This document shows positions 13,901-27,900 of a stretch of DNA of 64,000 nucleotides, in pieces. A program made the position numbers and the translations under genes. Position 1 is the stretch's first letter. The number at the start of each line of letters is the position of its first letter. This stretch comes from Chrysomallon squamiferum (Eukaryota > Animalia > Mollusca), in contig CM022671.1 of NCBI GenBank assembly GCA_012295275.1, positions 4,960,001-5,024,000 of the forward strand, given 5' to 3'. The notes under the pieces were generated by a model. That model was not told the DNA's origin. It saw only the letters and a list, made by a program, of their open reading frames with translations, and did no database searches.

Positions 13901-16900
13901 AGAAAGAAGAAAATAAAGGAAAAATAAAATGAATGAGTAAAAGACACAAATGAAAAATGGGTGAAGAAATAATTAAAAACTGAGTGAAAAATGGAAGATG
14001 ATGCTAATTTAACACAAACAGAGAAAAGGTGAGACACAGAATCAGACTTAATGAATTGAAGAATCAGAGATGCATGGATAGTGAGAAATAATCAGAGACA
14101 TGAAGACAGTGAGCTAGAAAATCAGGGACAGAAACAGAAAGACATCAAAAACAAAAGAAAGAAAAAGCGTTGCTACTGTTTGTGATACATACAAGTAATA
14201 ACATATATTTTTCATTAAACTGTTTGAAATAAATACATTCCATAAATAAACCGACAACAAGTTCAAGTCTGACCTTAATTAAAAAAATGTCTGGTTGTTG
14301 TTTTGTGTGGAAATTCTTTTTAATCTTTGTCTTTCTTTCTTTCTTTTTTTTTTTGTCCTATGACATTCAAGTGTAGACTTCACTGGAGGCTATCTGGTTT
14401 CTTCTCTATGGTAGAAATAATTTATTGCTATAAATACACAGAGGAAGTTAAGTCTGGCCATTCCAGGACTTTGTCTGTGATGAAATATTCTGATCACGTG
14501 TGTGACACAGTTGTTTTTTTTTGTGAAAAGTTTTACTGGGGTATCTCAGTATACTGGCTTCAGTTTTGTGATGTTTTTTTTTTTTTTTTAATTTAAATAC
14601 ATTGTCAGGAAATGTAAGTCTGGGTTTGCTGTGTATCACAAAATATCAAATTATTTTACATTGCAGTCCTTTCCAGTTCACTTATCTCATTTTGGATGGA
14701 TGAAAAGCAGACTGTGATTACTCACAGTGATTTTCCATTTTAGAAAAAAAAGAAGCTGTGAATGCCATGACAGTAATTCTCATTTTATATTTTTGCTGCA
14801 TATTTATTTTATTTGCATTATACTATAAGTAGGTATGATAAAAAAAAAAAGGTTTAAAATTTTCTGAGAAACTTGTTATTGCTGGAAACAGCATGAAAAG
14901 ATCATTTTAATAATACCAGAACAAGCCTCCTAACATTTATATTAATATTTGATGAGTTAGAAACAGTAGCTAATTATAGGAAGTAATTTCTTACATTATA
15001 AATTAATTACACATAATTTGAAAAAAAAAAAGTGAAACTCAAATACACAGTGAATTTCTAATAAAGAGTCAATTTCTTCATTTATTAAGATAACTGCAAC
15101 AAATTTTCTGTGGTTTATTGGAAACTGTTTGCTCTTTGAGGAAATAATCATACAATATGTATTGTTCAGCACTATTTTCATAGGTCTGATGAAGAAGTAA
15201 AGTGTTTCACAAAGATTTCAAATTCCAATATATTTTCAACTTCAGAACTTCGCTGAAAGCTCCCAGGCCTGTGACTGTTATCATACATCTTCAGCTTTGT
15301 GATTACATGATCATATCTTTCTGTACAAATTTTAGAAGACCACTGATGAAGTCTGCTACAAGTTAATGAACTGTCATGTTAAGGTCTACACCTTCCTCTC
15401 CATACGACTCCAAGATCCCTCAACAGCAAACCACATAACCAGGAACTTCTGTGTCCTGTTGTTTACCAACTTCCCACTGTAGATTCAGTTTGCAAATAAA
15501 CCTTTTTCATGCAAAATGTGAAGTTAGTAAAACTGATTTTGTTCCAAAAAGGAGGAGTGTATGCTAATTCAGTATATATGAGGATGTAGAGCTACTATTT
15601 AAGAAAATGTATATAAAAAGGCAAGACATAGTTTTGCATGCAAGGCAGTTCATGAAAAAATGTGTCTTTATTGGTGCAATGTACTGCTGCCACCATCAGT
15701 TTTAATTTCTGGCTTAGGCTTGGTTACATCAGTGAAGAAAGTGTTAGTGGCAAACCTACAGTGAGTTATTTACTAGACATTTATCATTGTTTGTAGGTTC
15801 ACCACATTTATGTAAGCAACATGGTGAAAATGTGGTGATTCAGGAACATATGTCTTTAAATGCTGTGTTTTCATGGTATGCACTGACAATGTATATCCCT
15901 GTATGCTTCAGTACAATTTAGAGATATTGTCTCAAAACTCAGTTAATCAACAGTCACTAGGATCAAATCTCCTCAGTGGTAGAACAAATACCAAAGGGGT
16001 CTTTGAAACACTGACACAACTGATTCTATAGACTAGCCTCTTCCTAATTTGTAACTTACAAAGTGTGTTAGAAGATTATTCTGTTCCAGCATAGCACAAT
16101 TTTCACTGTCTCAGATCTTAATAATCATTGACATTTATGTAACAATGACAACTAAATGGCAGCATCCAGTATTTCTATACATACAGGAAATACCAGTCTG
16201 GCTGTTCAAATCTCTAAATCAAATTGTTCAGCAATCAGACATCTGTGTTTATCAAGTACAAGACAACACAAGACAACACAACACCTTTTTTACAGTCCAA
16301 AGTCTTAATAATAAATAACTGACTGTATTTTGGTGATGCTATTTCTTTTTCTTTATTTTTGTATTGACTGCCAAAATGTAGAGGCTAGACATACCAAATC
16401 TGAAAAATTCAAACTTATTCAGTCAGAAGAAATCTGTACTAATCCAGTAAAACATAACAGATACAATTCAATGGTCTGTAATAATAACCATGACAACAGT
16501 GACAGATTTCTGTGACAAGCATACAAAACAAAGTGGTGGGTTTCCTATCTGCTGTAGACCATAAACACATCACCAGAAAGTATTTTCCAAATCGGAAGTT
16601 CCAGACTGTTGTGTCACCAGATCCCTTGTTCTAATCCAATTCAGTGTAGCAAACACAGTTTTTCACAATCTCTTGCTGGTTATCGGATCTGTATAATCTG
16701 TGACAGTTATGGAAGATGACAGCAGAACAAATCCTTCACCAAAAGCTCAGTCAATGCCTGTGCTTCCCACACATGATGGTCATGTGATGTCTGAGCCTTT
16801 ATCAGCTCTGAAAACTAGGTGAGGTACTGTGGTTAGAATATTCAAACCATGAACAAACCATTACAGTAAAAATACTGAATTATATGACCATTATAGTAAA

Positions 16901-17889
16901 AAAACCTTCCCAAGTTAGTGTTTCAAAGGTTGGAAGGTTTATAAAAAAAATTCCTTGCTAATTAAAGACAAGAGAAACAATTGGTAACATTTATCAAAGG
17001 CAAAATTATCTGGTTTTATGTAAATCAAATTTGTTTTTCTGCTAGTCATAAAAGAGTAACCATGAGAGGCAAAAAATGTAATATATATACAAATAATATA
17101 TATATATGTGTGTGACATATGTGTCTGTATGTGTATGTATGAGTGTGTGATATATTTGATTTTATTTTTTAGCAATTTTTTTTTTTATATTGTTCAAATT
17201 GAAATACAGTGATACTGTATCAGAAAATCAATATTCTTTTATTTCAATCAATTTAAAGATTATGCCACAGCTTTCTATTGATTTTGACAACCCTGTAAAA
17301 ATTATAGTTACATTATTATGCCAGGTTCAGTGTGAAATACAAAACTTAAGACTGTCAACTTTGTTATTTTGTGTTGTTTGCTTTATTGATTGTCTATGTC
17401 TGAATAATACAAATGTTATTTCAGCTGTACAGTAAAAAAACACACTGTATTTTTTCAAGAAAAGTTTTCACAGGACTAGTACTGGAGAGTGGTACTTGTA
17501 TAAAGACTATTTCTGATGAAAAAAAATACTCACCTATTTAAAAAAAAAAAAAAAAAATGATGATAATAATAATAATAAAAATTAAATAAAAATGTGATAG
17601 AAATGATTGACTTCATAAATATGCAGTTAAATAAAATATGGTTGCAGGCAGTGAATTTCTAAAAACAATAAAACTAATTATTTGCATGTTATAGCATAAG
17701 TAAGTATTTGTATTTTTTAAATGCACATGTGTATTTATGTGTATGTGTGTGCATATATGTGTTATTTGCGTGTGTGTGTATTTGCATGTGATTAGCACAG
17801 TGGTTAGAGCAAACGTCTGATTCATGACAGGTAAGAGGAACAGTGCTGTTCATTGTATCAGTTTTTCACAAAGACATTTCAAGCTTTAT

Positions 17890-18110
17890 TTAACATATCT
17901 TATTTATGGTCTTACAAAACTTTATGGGCTACGCTTTTCAGATTATAGCAGGAAAGATCTTTTATCTGCACCATCTCACATGCAGGACAGTACATACCAC
18001 ATTTTTTCTTACACCAGATGAGTAGCACTGCCTGGAATTTGAAATATCACAATGAAACCACCAAGAGTGATTGATCCAGTGACCTGCTGCATATCAAGTG
18101 GGATGTACAA
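17890..18110 (-). mobile_element. Degenerate tRNA-derived SINE (gastropod-type conserved central domain)
   Basis: atgggctac..ttttcagat..agcaggaaagatcttttatctgcaccatctcaca..caggacagtacataccac..acaccag..agcactg resembles, from memory, the antisense of an abundant gastropod SINE body. Not verified by search. Confidence 0.6.
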
Positions 18111-20383
18111 TTGATTATTAATAACCAGTAATGTCAAAATGTTTTGACATATCGACAAGCATTCATTCAATCATTTATTATTTAATCCTTTTTTTTAAAT
18201 TCATTCATTGATTTTTTGTGTTTGAATGTAAACCAGCTCAAATAACACTTATAATACTTAATAATGATGTTTCACACATTTCTGAATAACCTCAACATAA
18301 TAAACATTAAAAGGATCAATATTTTAGCACCAGTGTGAGAAAATGTGAAATTCTGATAAAATAACTATCAGAACTTATAATCTCTTACCTTTGTTAATTT
18401 GCTGATCAGATTATGTGCCACAGAATGTGCCAGGTAATCAATGACAGGTAAGTAAAATTTCAGGTGTTCTGTTACAGAATATGTAACAGCTGAGATTTTC
18501 TGAAGATTATTTCATAAATAAATTAATTGTTACCTGATATCAGATTAATAATTACAGGTAAACAAAAATCTCAGTTTTCTAATTAAATTTAAAATTATAA
18601 AAGAGGAATATTAAAGTGTCATTTTACAAGCATCTGGATTAAATAAATAAATAAATAAATAAATATTGCCTGACATTACAGTAAATAAATAAAAAGAACA
18701 GGTTGACCAAAAAATTTAAAAATCACAATATTTTTCTTCTAGATGTTTTTGATAGAACATAATAATGTTTATAACAGTATTTCATAATTACCTGTAATAC
18801 TAGTTAATTAATTATTACCTGATATAGTCAGGTATATCAAATCAATCTTCTAATCATAATCCTTCTTACAGACTTTGTAATAACAGAACATAAGTCTGTA
18901 TTAATTATTAAATATTTAATTACTGCCTGAAATTTGGCTACATGAAATTAATAATTATATATATGTATATAAACATTTTTTTCTTCTTCTGTTATTAATA
19001 ATTATGCATAATGATGGATTTTTGAAAGAATTCATTATTAACCATTCATAATATTAGTATTTAATGGATGATTAATTAATTTATTATCTCAGAAACTTAA
19101 TTAGAGATGAAAATAATTTTCAAAAAATTGTTATTCTAAAGCTTTATGGTTGTCATACAGTGAAACAGAAATAATAGTTTTATTAAAGCCTTCACAATGG
19201 CAATAATTATTTCCTTCTGATATAAAAGTAATTCAAAGGCCTCAGCAAATAGAAAATAAAACTAGACTTAGAAGAATATTAATTAATAGTTTTACAAAAA
19301 ATTACTACACAATAATATTATAACAAAATAGAACATTGTATTATTGTACAAAGCCTAAATAACATTACATTACAAAAACATTACATCATAATAAAACAAA
19401 AATGAAGAACACTGTGTTATAATATAATGTTTAAATAATCTTACTGTTAACAAAAACAGAAGTCTACATCATAATATTGTAAGAAGAAAATAGAACAATG
19501 TTTAACAGTACAACTGGTAAATCAATTAAATAACACAGTACTTAATTATTATCATTATATATAATTTACCTCAATATAATACACTGTATTAATATTCATT
19601 ATCTGACAGAAAACTGATTAATTTTCATTCAGCAGAAATAATAAAAAAAATTTAAAAAACAGACACAAAAAGACCCACCAAAATCAAAAAAACAACAAAA
19701 AAAACCATAAAATATTTCACAAATAAGCATTACTTTAATCACAATCAGCAAATTATGCTAATTAACTAATCAATTATTACCTGAAATGTACCAAATCACC
19801 TTCAGAACATTTCCTACAAAAACTTAGTTAAAATTCCATTTCTTCACATTGAATTATTCCAGCATATAAAAGGAAAAGAAGAGAAAAAATACATTCATGT
19901 TAATACACTATCTCAACCCACTGACTGAAAGAAAACTTAACCAAACAAAATCCCTCTGTTTATTTTTTGTTTAATACCTGTATGGTGATTGGAGTGTGAC
20001 GGATCAATGGATGAACAGACATTCAGTAAGCTTTGTACACACTGTTGTTATTTCTAGATCACAAATCAATCACTCTCCATGCACAAGTGGAGGATGGCGA
20101 TTATTAATATTACAGCTTTATGGAAATGACCGATTTCTTCATGTAATACTGACAGTTAATACACATTTTAAGCATAATGTAATAATTGCCTCTGGCTAAT
20201 GGAATATCACCAGTATGCACCAGTTAGAGATTTGTTTTGTTTGTTTTTTTGTTTTTTTTTAATTGTTGTTGTTGTTCTTTGTTGCTGCTTTTTGCTGCAT
20301 TTTGTAAGGGGAAGGTGTTCTTTGGCAGAGTTTGAGAGGGAAAGAGTTGTTGTTTTCTGTGGTGAGAATTTTTTTAATTTGGC

Positions 20384-20425
<42 letters not shown>

Positions 20426-21471
20426 TTAAAAAGAAGAAGAAACAAAGAATGTTGAGTATAAAATTTGCATGTGGCTTCATATTAATAAAGAAAAAGATGT
20501 GTATAAGCCTGCATTTGTTCCCAATTTACAATATTTACAGTTATTATCATGCCACTGTACAGACAGTTTATTACAGAAACAAACACTGCTTACACACAGT
20601 GTTCTGCCAGTAAGTCTGCTGTTATCACATAATTTCATAATTACAGCATTTTATAATCTAGAAACCTAAATTCTGAAACCTGAAGCAAAGATGTCCTGGA
20701 AAACTGCAGCAAGATAAAGTCATCTATGCTATAAATTTTTGCTAAATTTTTACAAGGACATAAAACAAATTTTGTTTATGACGGCAGCTTGGTCCATACA
20801 TCAGAGCTAATAAATATCTTATATTATTGATATCTGTGTGTGTCCTGGGAGATATAACGAGGTGTCCATCTATGGATGGTGTCTGTGACTGTGAATAATA
20901 TATCTGTCATTTCCGATTACTAAATAATTTGTAAAAGGAATATATAATTGGTTAGGAAAATCATATTACTGCAGTTTAAAAATGTGTATTTTCCACATCA
21001 GAAATAATTTTTATTAATGAGCCAAAATACTCGATTTTATTTCATATACTGATATAAATATGCACTTATTTATAACATTGGATATTTTTGTTTTTCTATT
21101 TATTGTTTGCAGCTTTCACTGTTTTTGAAATTATTAATAGAGATGTTATTTTCAATACATTTTCAAAAAAACATATCTATAAATATTTAAAAATTAAAAA
21201 AATTAAAAAATAAAAATTAAATATTTTTAGAAAGAAAAATAAATTAGAAAAAAATATATTTTTGAAGCTATGATGATAAATCCAATATCCAACATCTGCT
21301 GGTTACATAATGTGTGGGTGTCACATTCTGAATGTAAATGTATTTGTATACTGAAAAGTTATCATGTGATGTTTATACAGAGAGAAAAATTAAATTTAGA
21401 AGGAAAATAAATTTATTTCTTCATTTTATTATTATTTTATTTTATTTTATTTTATTTTATTTTATTTTATA

Positions 21472-21505
<34 letters not shown>

Positions 21506-21689
21506 TTTTTTTTGTGCATGCTGTTGTTGAATGTTAGGATATGTGTTCTAATTAAAATATTAATTTAATGATATTTTGATGAAAGATGAATTATAAAAAT
21601 GCTTGATATGACAGAATCAGATTTATTTACTTAGCCACTTCTCTTATACTTTATAACAATCATCTATATATTTTGTACATACCTAATAT

Positions 21690-22420
21690 AATTCATAATT
21701 ATTTTCTAAAATACATGTTACAGACTCCTGACATACTTCATACATATGTTTCTAACATACTTTATAAAGGTTCTGAACATACTTTAAAGGATTCCTAACA
21801 TACTGCATATTGGCTCCTAATATATTCCATTTACAGATTAATAATACACTTCAGACTCCTAATAATACACTTCATACAGGCTTCTAATATAATTCTTACA
21901 AGCACCAGCTATTCTTTAATCTTCAGACTCCTAATAATATAACTTTATACATTCTACTAATGTAATTCATGCAACCTCTTACTACTCTGTATACTTCACA
22001 TTTTATCCACACTCATAATTCATACATGCTCCTATCATTTTTTATATTTCAGACATTTAATACTATAACGTTATACATTCTCCTAATGTAATTCATACAG
22101 ATTTCTGTTATTCTTCATACTTCAAATAGACTCCTAACATGCTCCTATCATTTTTATACTTCAGACTTCTAATAATGTACTTCATATATTCTCCTAAAAT
22201 AATTCATACAGGCTCCTAATATAAATTTTACAGGCTCCTAAAATAATTCATACAGGCTCCTAACATAAATCACACAAGCTCCTAATATAATTCATACAGA
22301 CTCTTAATATAACTCATACAGACTCCCAATATAACTCATACAGGCTCCTGTCACTCCTTGTACTTCCAACAGGTTCTCAACAATAGACTTCATACAGGGT
22401 TCCTAATATGCTTCATAATA
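21690..22420. repeat. ~22-bp minisatellite (ttcatacaggctcctaatataa)
   Basis: Many degenerate copies, most homogeneous at 22200-22350. Confidence 0.88.
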
Positions 22421-22762
22421 GGTTGTTTTGTACAGAACACTGCCAACCTGAAACCAATTCCGGCAGAAGTGTCCTCACTAAGTACTCAAGTATCTAAGTA
22501 ACAAATGCAATTGCTGTGTCCTGAGGCAGCTGGCTTGCTAATGCAATTCCTGCATCCCCAGGCAGCTATCAGACTGAGAGCGGTAATACCGATGTTAACT
22601 GCACAAAGGTATTATATAACTCCACTGATTGGAAGCCAGAGAGCCTGCCCTGCGGCATAATCAGGGGAAAAAATAGCTTTCTTGTTTCTGTGATGGCGGT
22701 TTTCTTTGCATTTATGTTTTTCGTTATCTTTTGGTGGTTCTGTTCTTTTTTTTTTCTTATTT

Positions 22763-22801
<39 letters not shown>

Positions 22802-24039
22802 ATGTGTTTTCTTGTGAGTATTATTATTATTTTTTTTTTTTTTTTTTGTTGCTACTATTGTTTTCTCTGAGAAGAAACATGATCATTTACAATTAACATT
22901 TGTAATAAAAGACATGTGCAGTATTTTCTGAAAACTGTTTTAAATAATGGATGGAAGGATGGACTTGTGGATGGATGAAAAAAAATGTGTTGACACCTGG
23001 ATGAATGAATAATTGGATGGATATGTAGATGGGTGGATAGATAGATGGATGGATGGACAGAATGATACTTGGACTGTTGGATAATGATAATGGGTTCCTT
23101 GGTTGGATTGATGAAACTGTGAATCACTGGATAATAATGGATGCAAAGATTAATCCAAGAAACCATGGATAAATGTATAGAAATATAGATTATTTGATGA
23201 CAGAAAGAATATTTATAAAATTAACAGACAAAATAACTGAGCCATGCAAAAACACAGAGAGAGACAAAAACTAAATACCAAAACCATTATTCATAATCAT
23301 TAATTTTATCCATGAGGCATAAATAAAGACCCCACAGAAAGCACGAAATAATAACAGTAATCCAGTATGTAAATATTCTTCAGTAAAGTGCTGGTTTAAA
23401 ATAAGTATGCCACATGCAAGAGAAATTAAAGCATCTCTTGAAACACAAAACAGAACTGAATCAGTAACAGAAGTGGAACACTAAAAACAAAAACAGTAAT
23501 TTTATGTAAGTATTTTCAAAAATAAAACGTTATTTCTTCAATAATTTGATCTTTCATACAGTCACGATTTTTAAAAGCTCTGTATCTGCCTTAACAATAA
23601 ATAAAAAATTAATTATTTGGTTTGTCTAATTCCTATTAAGGCACTCAGTGTCTAATATTAATAATTGATTGGTTTTGCTGCTGTTGTTTTATGCTAAATG
23701 AACAAACGAAATTACTGTGTGTGTTAAACTGGGCAGTCAAGCAGTTTATCTCCAGTTTATCAAGAACTGCAGCATGTTCCGGTTCATTAGGTAGAGAAAG
23801 CAGCAGCCTGGAACACAATCACTGACAGTGTCTGTCCTCCTCCATGCACCCATTCTATTATTTCCTGTTCCACCCATGCAAATGACTGGCTCTTCAAAAG
23901 CAATAATATTTGCCTTCCTGTCTACAGAAATGTACATTAAAGATTCCATACTACTATTAGGAAATTTGGGTACATTCCCTCTGTAGTCCATTTCTCAGTG
24001 AAATTTACTGATACAGTATTAATCAGCATGCTACACTGG

Positions 24040-24725
24040 GATCAATCCAATAAATACAATTGACAGCCAACAGCCAATTATAGAACATTAATAAATGTGC
24101 TTCAGTGAACTAATATTTGATTCCAATAGACAGTGATAGAAAATAGAAAATAATTAACATGCTACAGAACAAATATTGAACTGCCAAGGTGTACATATAA
24201 CTCTGTGTTACAGTGAACACATATTTGATATCCAGCAGCCAGTGACAGAATGATATAAACAATATGCTTTAGTGAACATATATTTGATATCCAATAGCCA
24301 TTGATAGAATGTTAATCAACATGGTTTGGTGAATAAATAATTACTAAGCAATTGTTGAAAAATAACAATAGTTATCTTTTATCTGTTACCCAACAGCTAA
24401 TGATAGAAAATGTAACATACTATAGTGAGTATGTATTTTTTTTTTATATATCAGCCTATGATAGAAAATTAGTAACACACTACACTGAATATATATTTAA
24501 CATCTTAATGACAGAAAAATTAACATACTATAATGAACAAATATTTAATAACCAATTATAGAAAAATAATTCTGCTACAGTGAACATATATTCAACATTC
24601 AAAAGTTAATAATATAAAATTATTCAACATGCTACAATGAACAATAAAATTTGATATCTAATAGTGATAGAAAATTAACATACTGCAGTGAACATATATT
24701 TTAAATTAAAGTATGCTACAGTTTG
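24040..24725. repeat. ~50-bp degenerate tandem repeat (gctacagtgaacatatatttgatatcc..gatagaaaat)
   Basis: About a dozen diverged copies. Confidence 0.8.
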
Positions 24726-24944
24726 ACATGTAATACTAACTGATATAAAATGACAGCAATCTCATTAGGTCATACTTACAAGACAAATGATAACCAGGCA
24801 CAATGAAATATCTGCTGTATGTGATACACAAAACAGCACTTGACTTGTAATCCTGGAAATTGATTTTATGTAAATGTGAAGTCTATGGTATTAAGTATGA
24901 ATATCCAAGTCTTGCCTTTAACTACTACATCTGGTAATTATTTT

Positions 24945-25025
24945 GTCACCAAGTTCAGTGCAGTAGAGGTTAAGCTTTCAGCCTAAGGACTGGTAGATTG
25001 AGGGATCAAATCTTAGCCAGAGCTA
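24945..25025 (+). mobile_element. tRNA-like SINE head fragment
   Basis: Degenerate A-box (gtgcagtagaggttaag) and B-box (gggatcaaatc) at tRNA spacing. No intact cloverleaf. Confidence 0.45.
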
Positions 25026-25817
25026 AATTAAAACAACTGCAATCTTTCTTTTCACTGATTAATTATCCTATATTCTAAACTATATGATATATGTGTGGGT
25101 GCATGTTTGTCAGTGAGTTGTATGTATCTGTCAGTCTGTGTGTCTGTCTGTCTGAGTATATGTATATGACTCTGTGTGTATCTGCATAAACATATGTGTG
25201 TTTGTATGTGTATGTATATGTTTATAACTGTGTATATGACTGTGTGGTCGCTTCTGTGTGTATATATGTATGTATATATAGTAGTATTTGTGTTGATGGT
25301 GGTACATAAATACACCAACCACATTGAGAAAGATGTCTCTTTAAGCTTGAACAATAAATAGACAGTGAGTGTGTCAATAATTATATATTATGTAGTGTTA
25401 TGAATGCATGTCAGAAGGAATATTTATGCATACTTGCATCTCTGTATTAATATATTAATGGATTTCTGTCAATATCAGAAAGATGAAACAACTTGCAGTG
25501 GCTGGACAGAAGTCTGTTATTAAAGCTGCAAAGCACAGACATTCCATGAGTAGACTTCACACTGACAGATCTCTCTGTGGCATAAACTACCAAGGACAAC
25601 TAATGAGGTTGACATCAATACAGCCGAACTGGCATAACTTCAACAAAAATGCACATAAGACTGGGTAACAAAACAAATTTCTTTTCTTAATTAATCAGAG
25701 AGGGTGTTTTTCAATAGAATTCTCAAACTTTCGACCTTTCTTAAACAATTTTTAAAATTATTTTTTATTTTCATTACCATTTTAATTTGGTATTTTAATT
25801 TCTTATTATTTATTTTC

Positions 25818-25849
<32 letters not shown>

Positions 25850-26683
25850 TTTTTTTTTTATTGCTTTTTATTATACCAAATACAAATTTTAACATACATA
25901 ACAGTATGTTAAATGTGTTGACAGTTTTAAAAAAAAAAAAAAATAAAAAAAAAAAAAAAAAAAAATCTAAAACACAAATGAAATAAACATACACACAACT
26001 AAAATAGTGTAAATTTAAATCACCTAAAAAGCCCACTGTGTAACAAAATAACAAGTAATTAAATAATAGCAGATGTTTTATCTACAAACTCATTTATACT
26101 GTAGTAATTACATTTACTTGTGTTTTGTCATTCGGAAGATTTATACTCTGTGGGTGATAGCGCTGTGTTTAGAATTCTTGTCATAGTGAATTTAAATATA
26201 ATGTAATAGATTTCGAAAAGTAATAATAAAAAAAATGTCATACATGTTAAAAATAATAATTCTAAATAAATAAATAAATGAACTCTGGGTGTAACACTGA
26301 ATATATGCTTTTATGAAAATGTGTAATGTGAGGTTACATTGAAAATTTGAGTAATAACAATAACTGATTTTATTTATTTATTAATATATCTCTTACCTAA
26401 TCATTAAATATACTGATGTTTTGGGGTTTTTAAAAACTTTTTAATCATCTCTCATTTAACATTATTATTATTATTATCTCAGGAACATATACATACTGAA
26501 TCATTAATTTATCTAACTGTATATAAACGTTAATCATCAAAACACACGCACACGCACACACACACAATCATGCACATCATTTTGTTGTTGTTTTACATAC
26601 ATATACATGCGCGTACACACACACACACAACACAGTATACACACATACAAACTCTAACTTTCACACACAGACATTAAAAACAC

Positions 26684-26960
26684 CTGCGACTGCATTTCAC
26701 GACGACTACGACGACTGAAACATCAACAGCGCAAACAGGACGTTCATCGCGCCAGTGTTACGTACAATACGTTATCGACCCACGATCCAAAACAACACCG
26801 CGTCTGCTGTGACGTCTGCCAATGCTACAAAACGCCCGCTAAAAGAAAATGACAGTCTGTACTCACCAAGCAGTTTACTTCATGTTATGCTGATGATTTC
26901 ACACACTTAAGTCACCATCAGCGAAGCGAAATGTTCACGATAACGTGGCCAATCATGTAT
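26684..26960 (-). promoter_or_regulatory. CpG-rich promoter and probable non-coding first exon of the rabphilin gene
   Basis: Isolated CpG-dense patch with a CRE-like TGACGTCT (~26810) and CCAAT boxes (~26819, ~26949). Minus-strand donor CAG|GTGTTT at 26684. The link to the exon at 497 (a ~26-kb intron) is inferred. Confidence 0.55.
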
Positions 26961-27865
26961 TTGATCACAACAGCTTGTGAACGATCAACATTGGAAAACT
27001 ATTGCTCCCACTCGAATGCAATACACCAATAAACAGTTTTAAGGGAGGTCACTCTCATTCAGATTTCCTCTTGGGGACCTCTTTGGGTTCATATTTTTTA
27101 ATGACTTACGTAGATCAAATCATAACTTTGTTTTTCATCGTTAAAATGTAGATTTCTTTTTCTTTACATTTAAATTTGTATAATTACTTTTATTAAAAAA
27201 AAAGTATAATTCATTTTCCAGTGTTCCCCATCTCTGTATGATTATTATTATTATTGTTGTTAATGAAATGGATGTATGGACACTTACATTGTTAAATATC
27301 ATAACAAACAATTTATTTTAGATTATTTTTTTTATTAAACCATTTAAACTATTTCAGTACAGGAAAATAAAAAGAAAACAACTATTGCATCCTAAATACA
27401 CCCCCCAAAATAATCTTTCTAGATTTTTTAACAAATACAAAAATGTATAAATTTATACATTCTGTTTTATAAAATAAAATATGTACAGCTATGTATACAC
27501 TTATATATATATTCTATTATTTCCTAAGAATGGCATTACAGTACAAAATTATACACTTACAAAATAATACTCATAACATAATAATATGTATTCATTGTAT
27601 ATATAAGGTTATTTAATGAGGTATAACAGTATACAAATTTATACATTCCAGATTATTTACAATGATGCATAGTGGAAAACTAACACACATGCAGACACCC
27701 ATTTAAGTTTACATATAAAGACACAAACAAAAAATAGGTATGTTAAGATATATTCATACATATTATTTCTAAACTACCTATTACAACACAACTATAAAAC
27801 ATCCCACCTATACACAAAGAAATACAACATAAAACCTCAAAATACAAAAATAAAATATTAGTTAA

Positions 27866-27900
<35 letters not shown>

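Noticed and set aside
21690-24725. Regularly spaced repeats superficially like CRISPR arrays (also 3450-3745 and 29300-29526)
   Set aside because: Eukaryotic intron or UTR context, degenerate units without unique spacers, and no cas genes.
24945-25025. Functional tRNA gene
   Set aside because: The A and B boxes are degenerate and acceptor and anticodon stems cannot be formed; it is treated as a SINE head.
947-26054. Dozens of 60-136 aa ORFs in the supplied track (poly-I, poly-V, CV, HT and SL repeats)
   Set aside because: They are translations of microsatellites and AT-rich intron, with no splice-consistent or recognisable protein signal.
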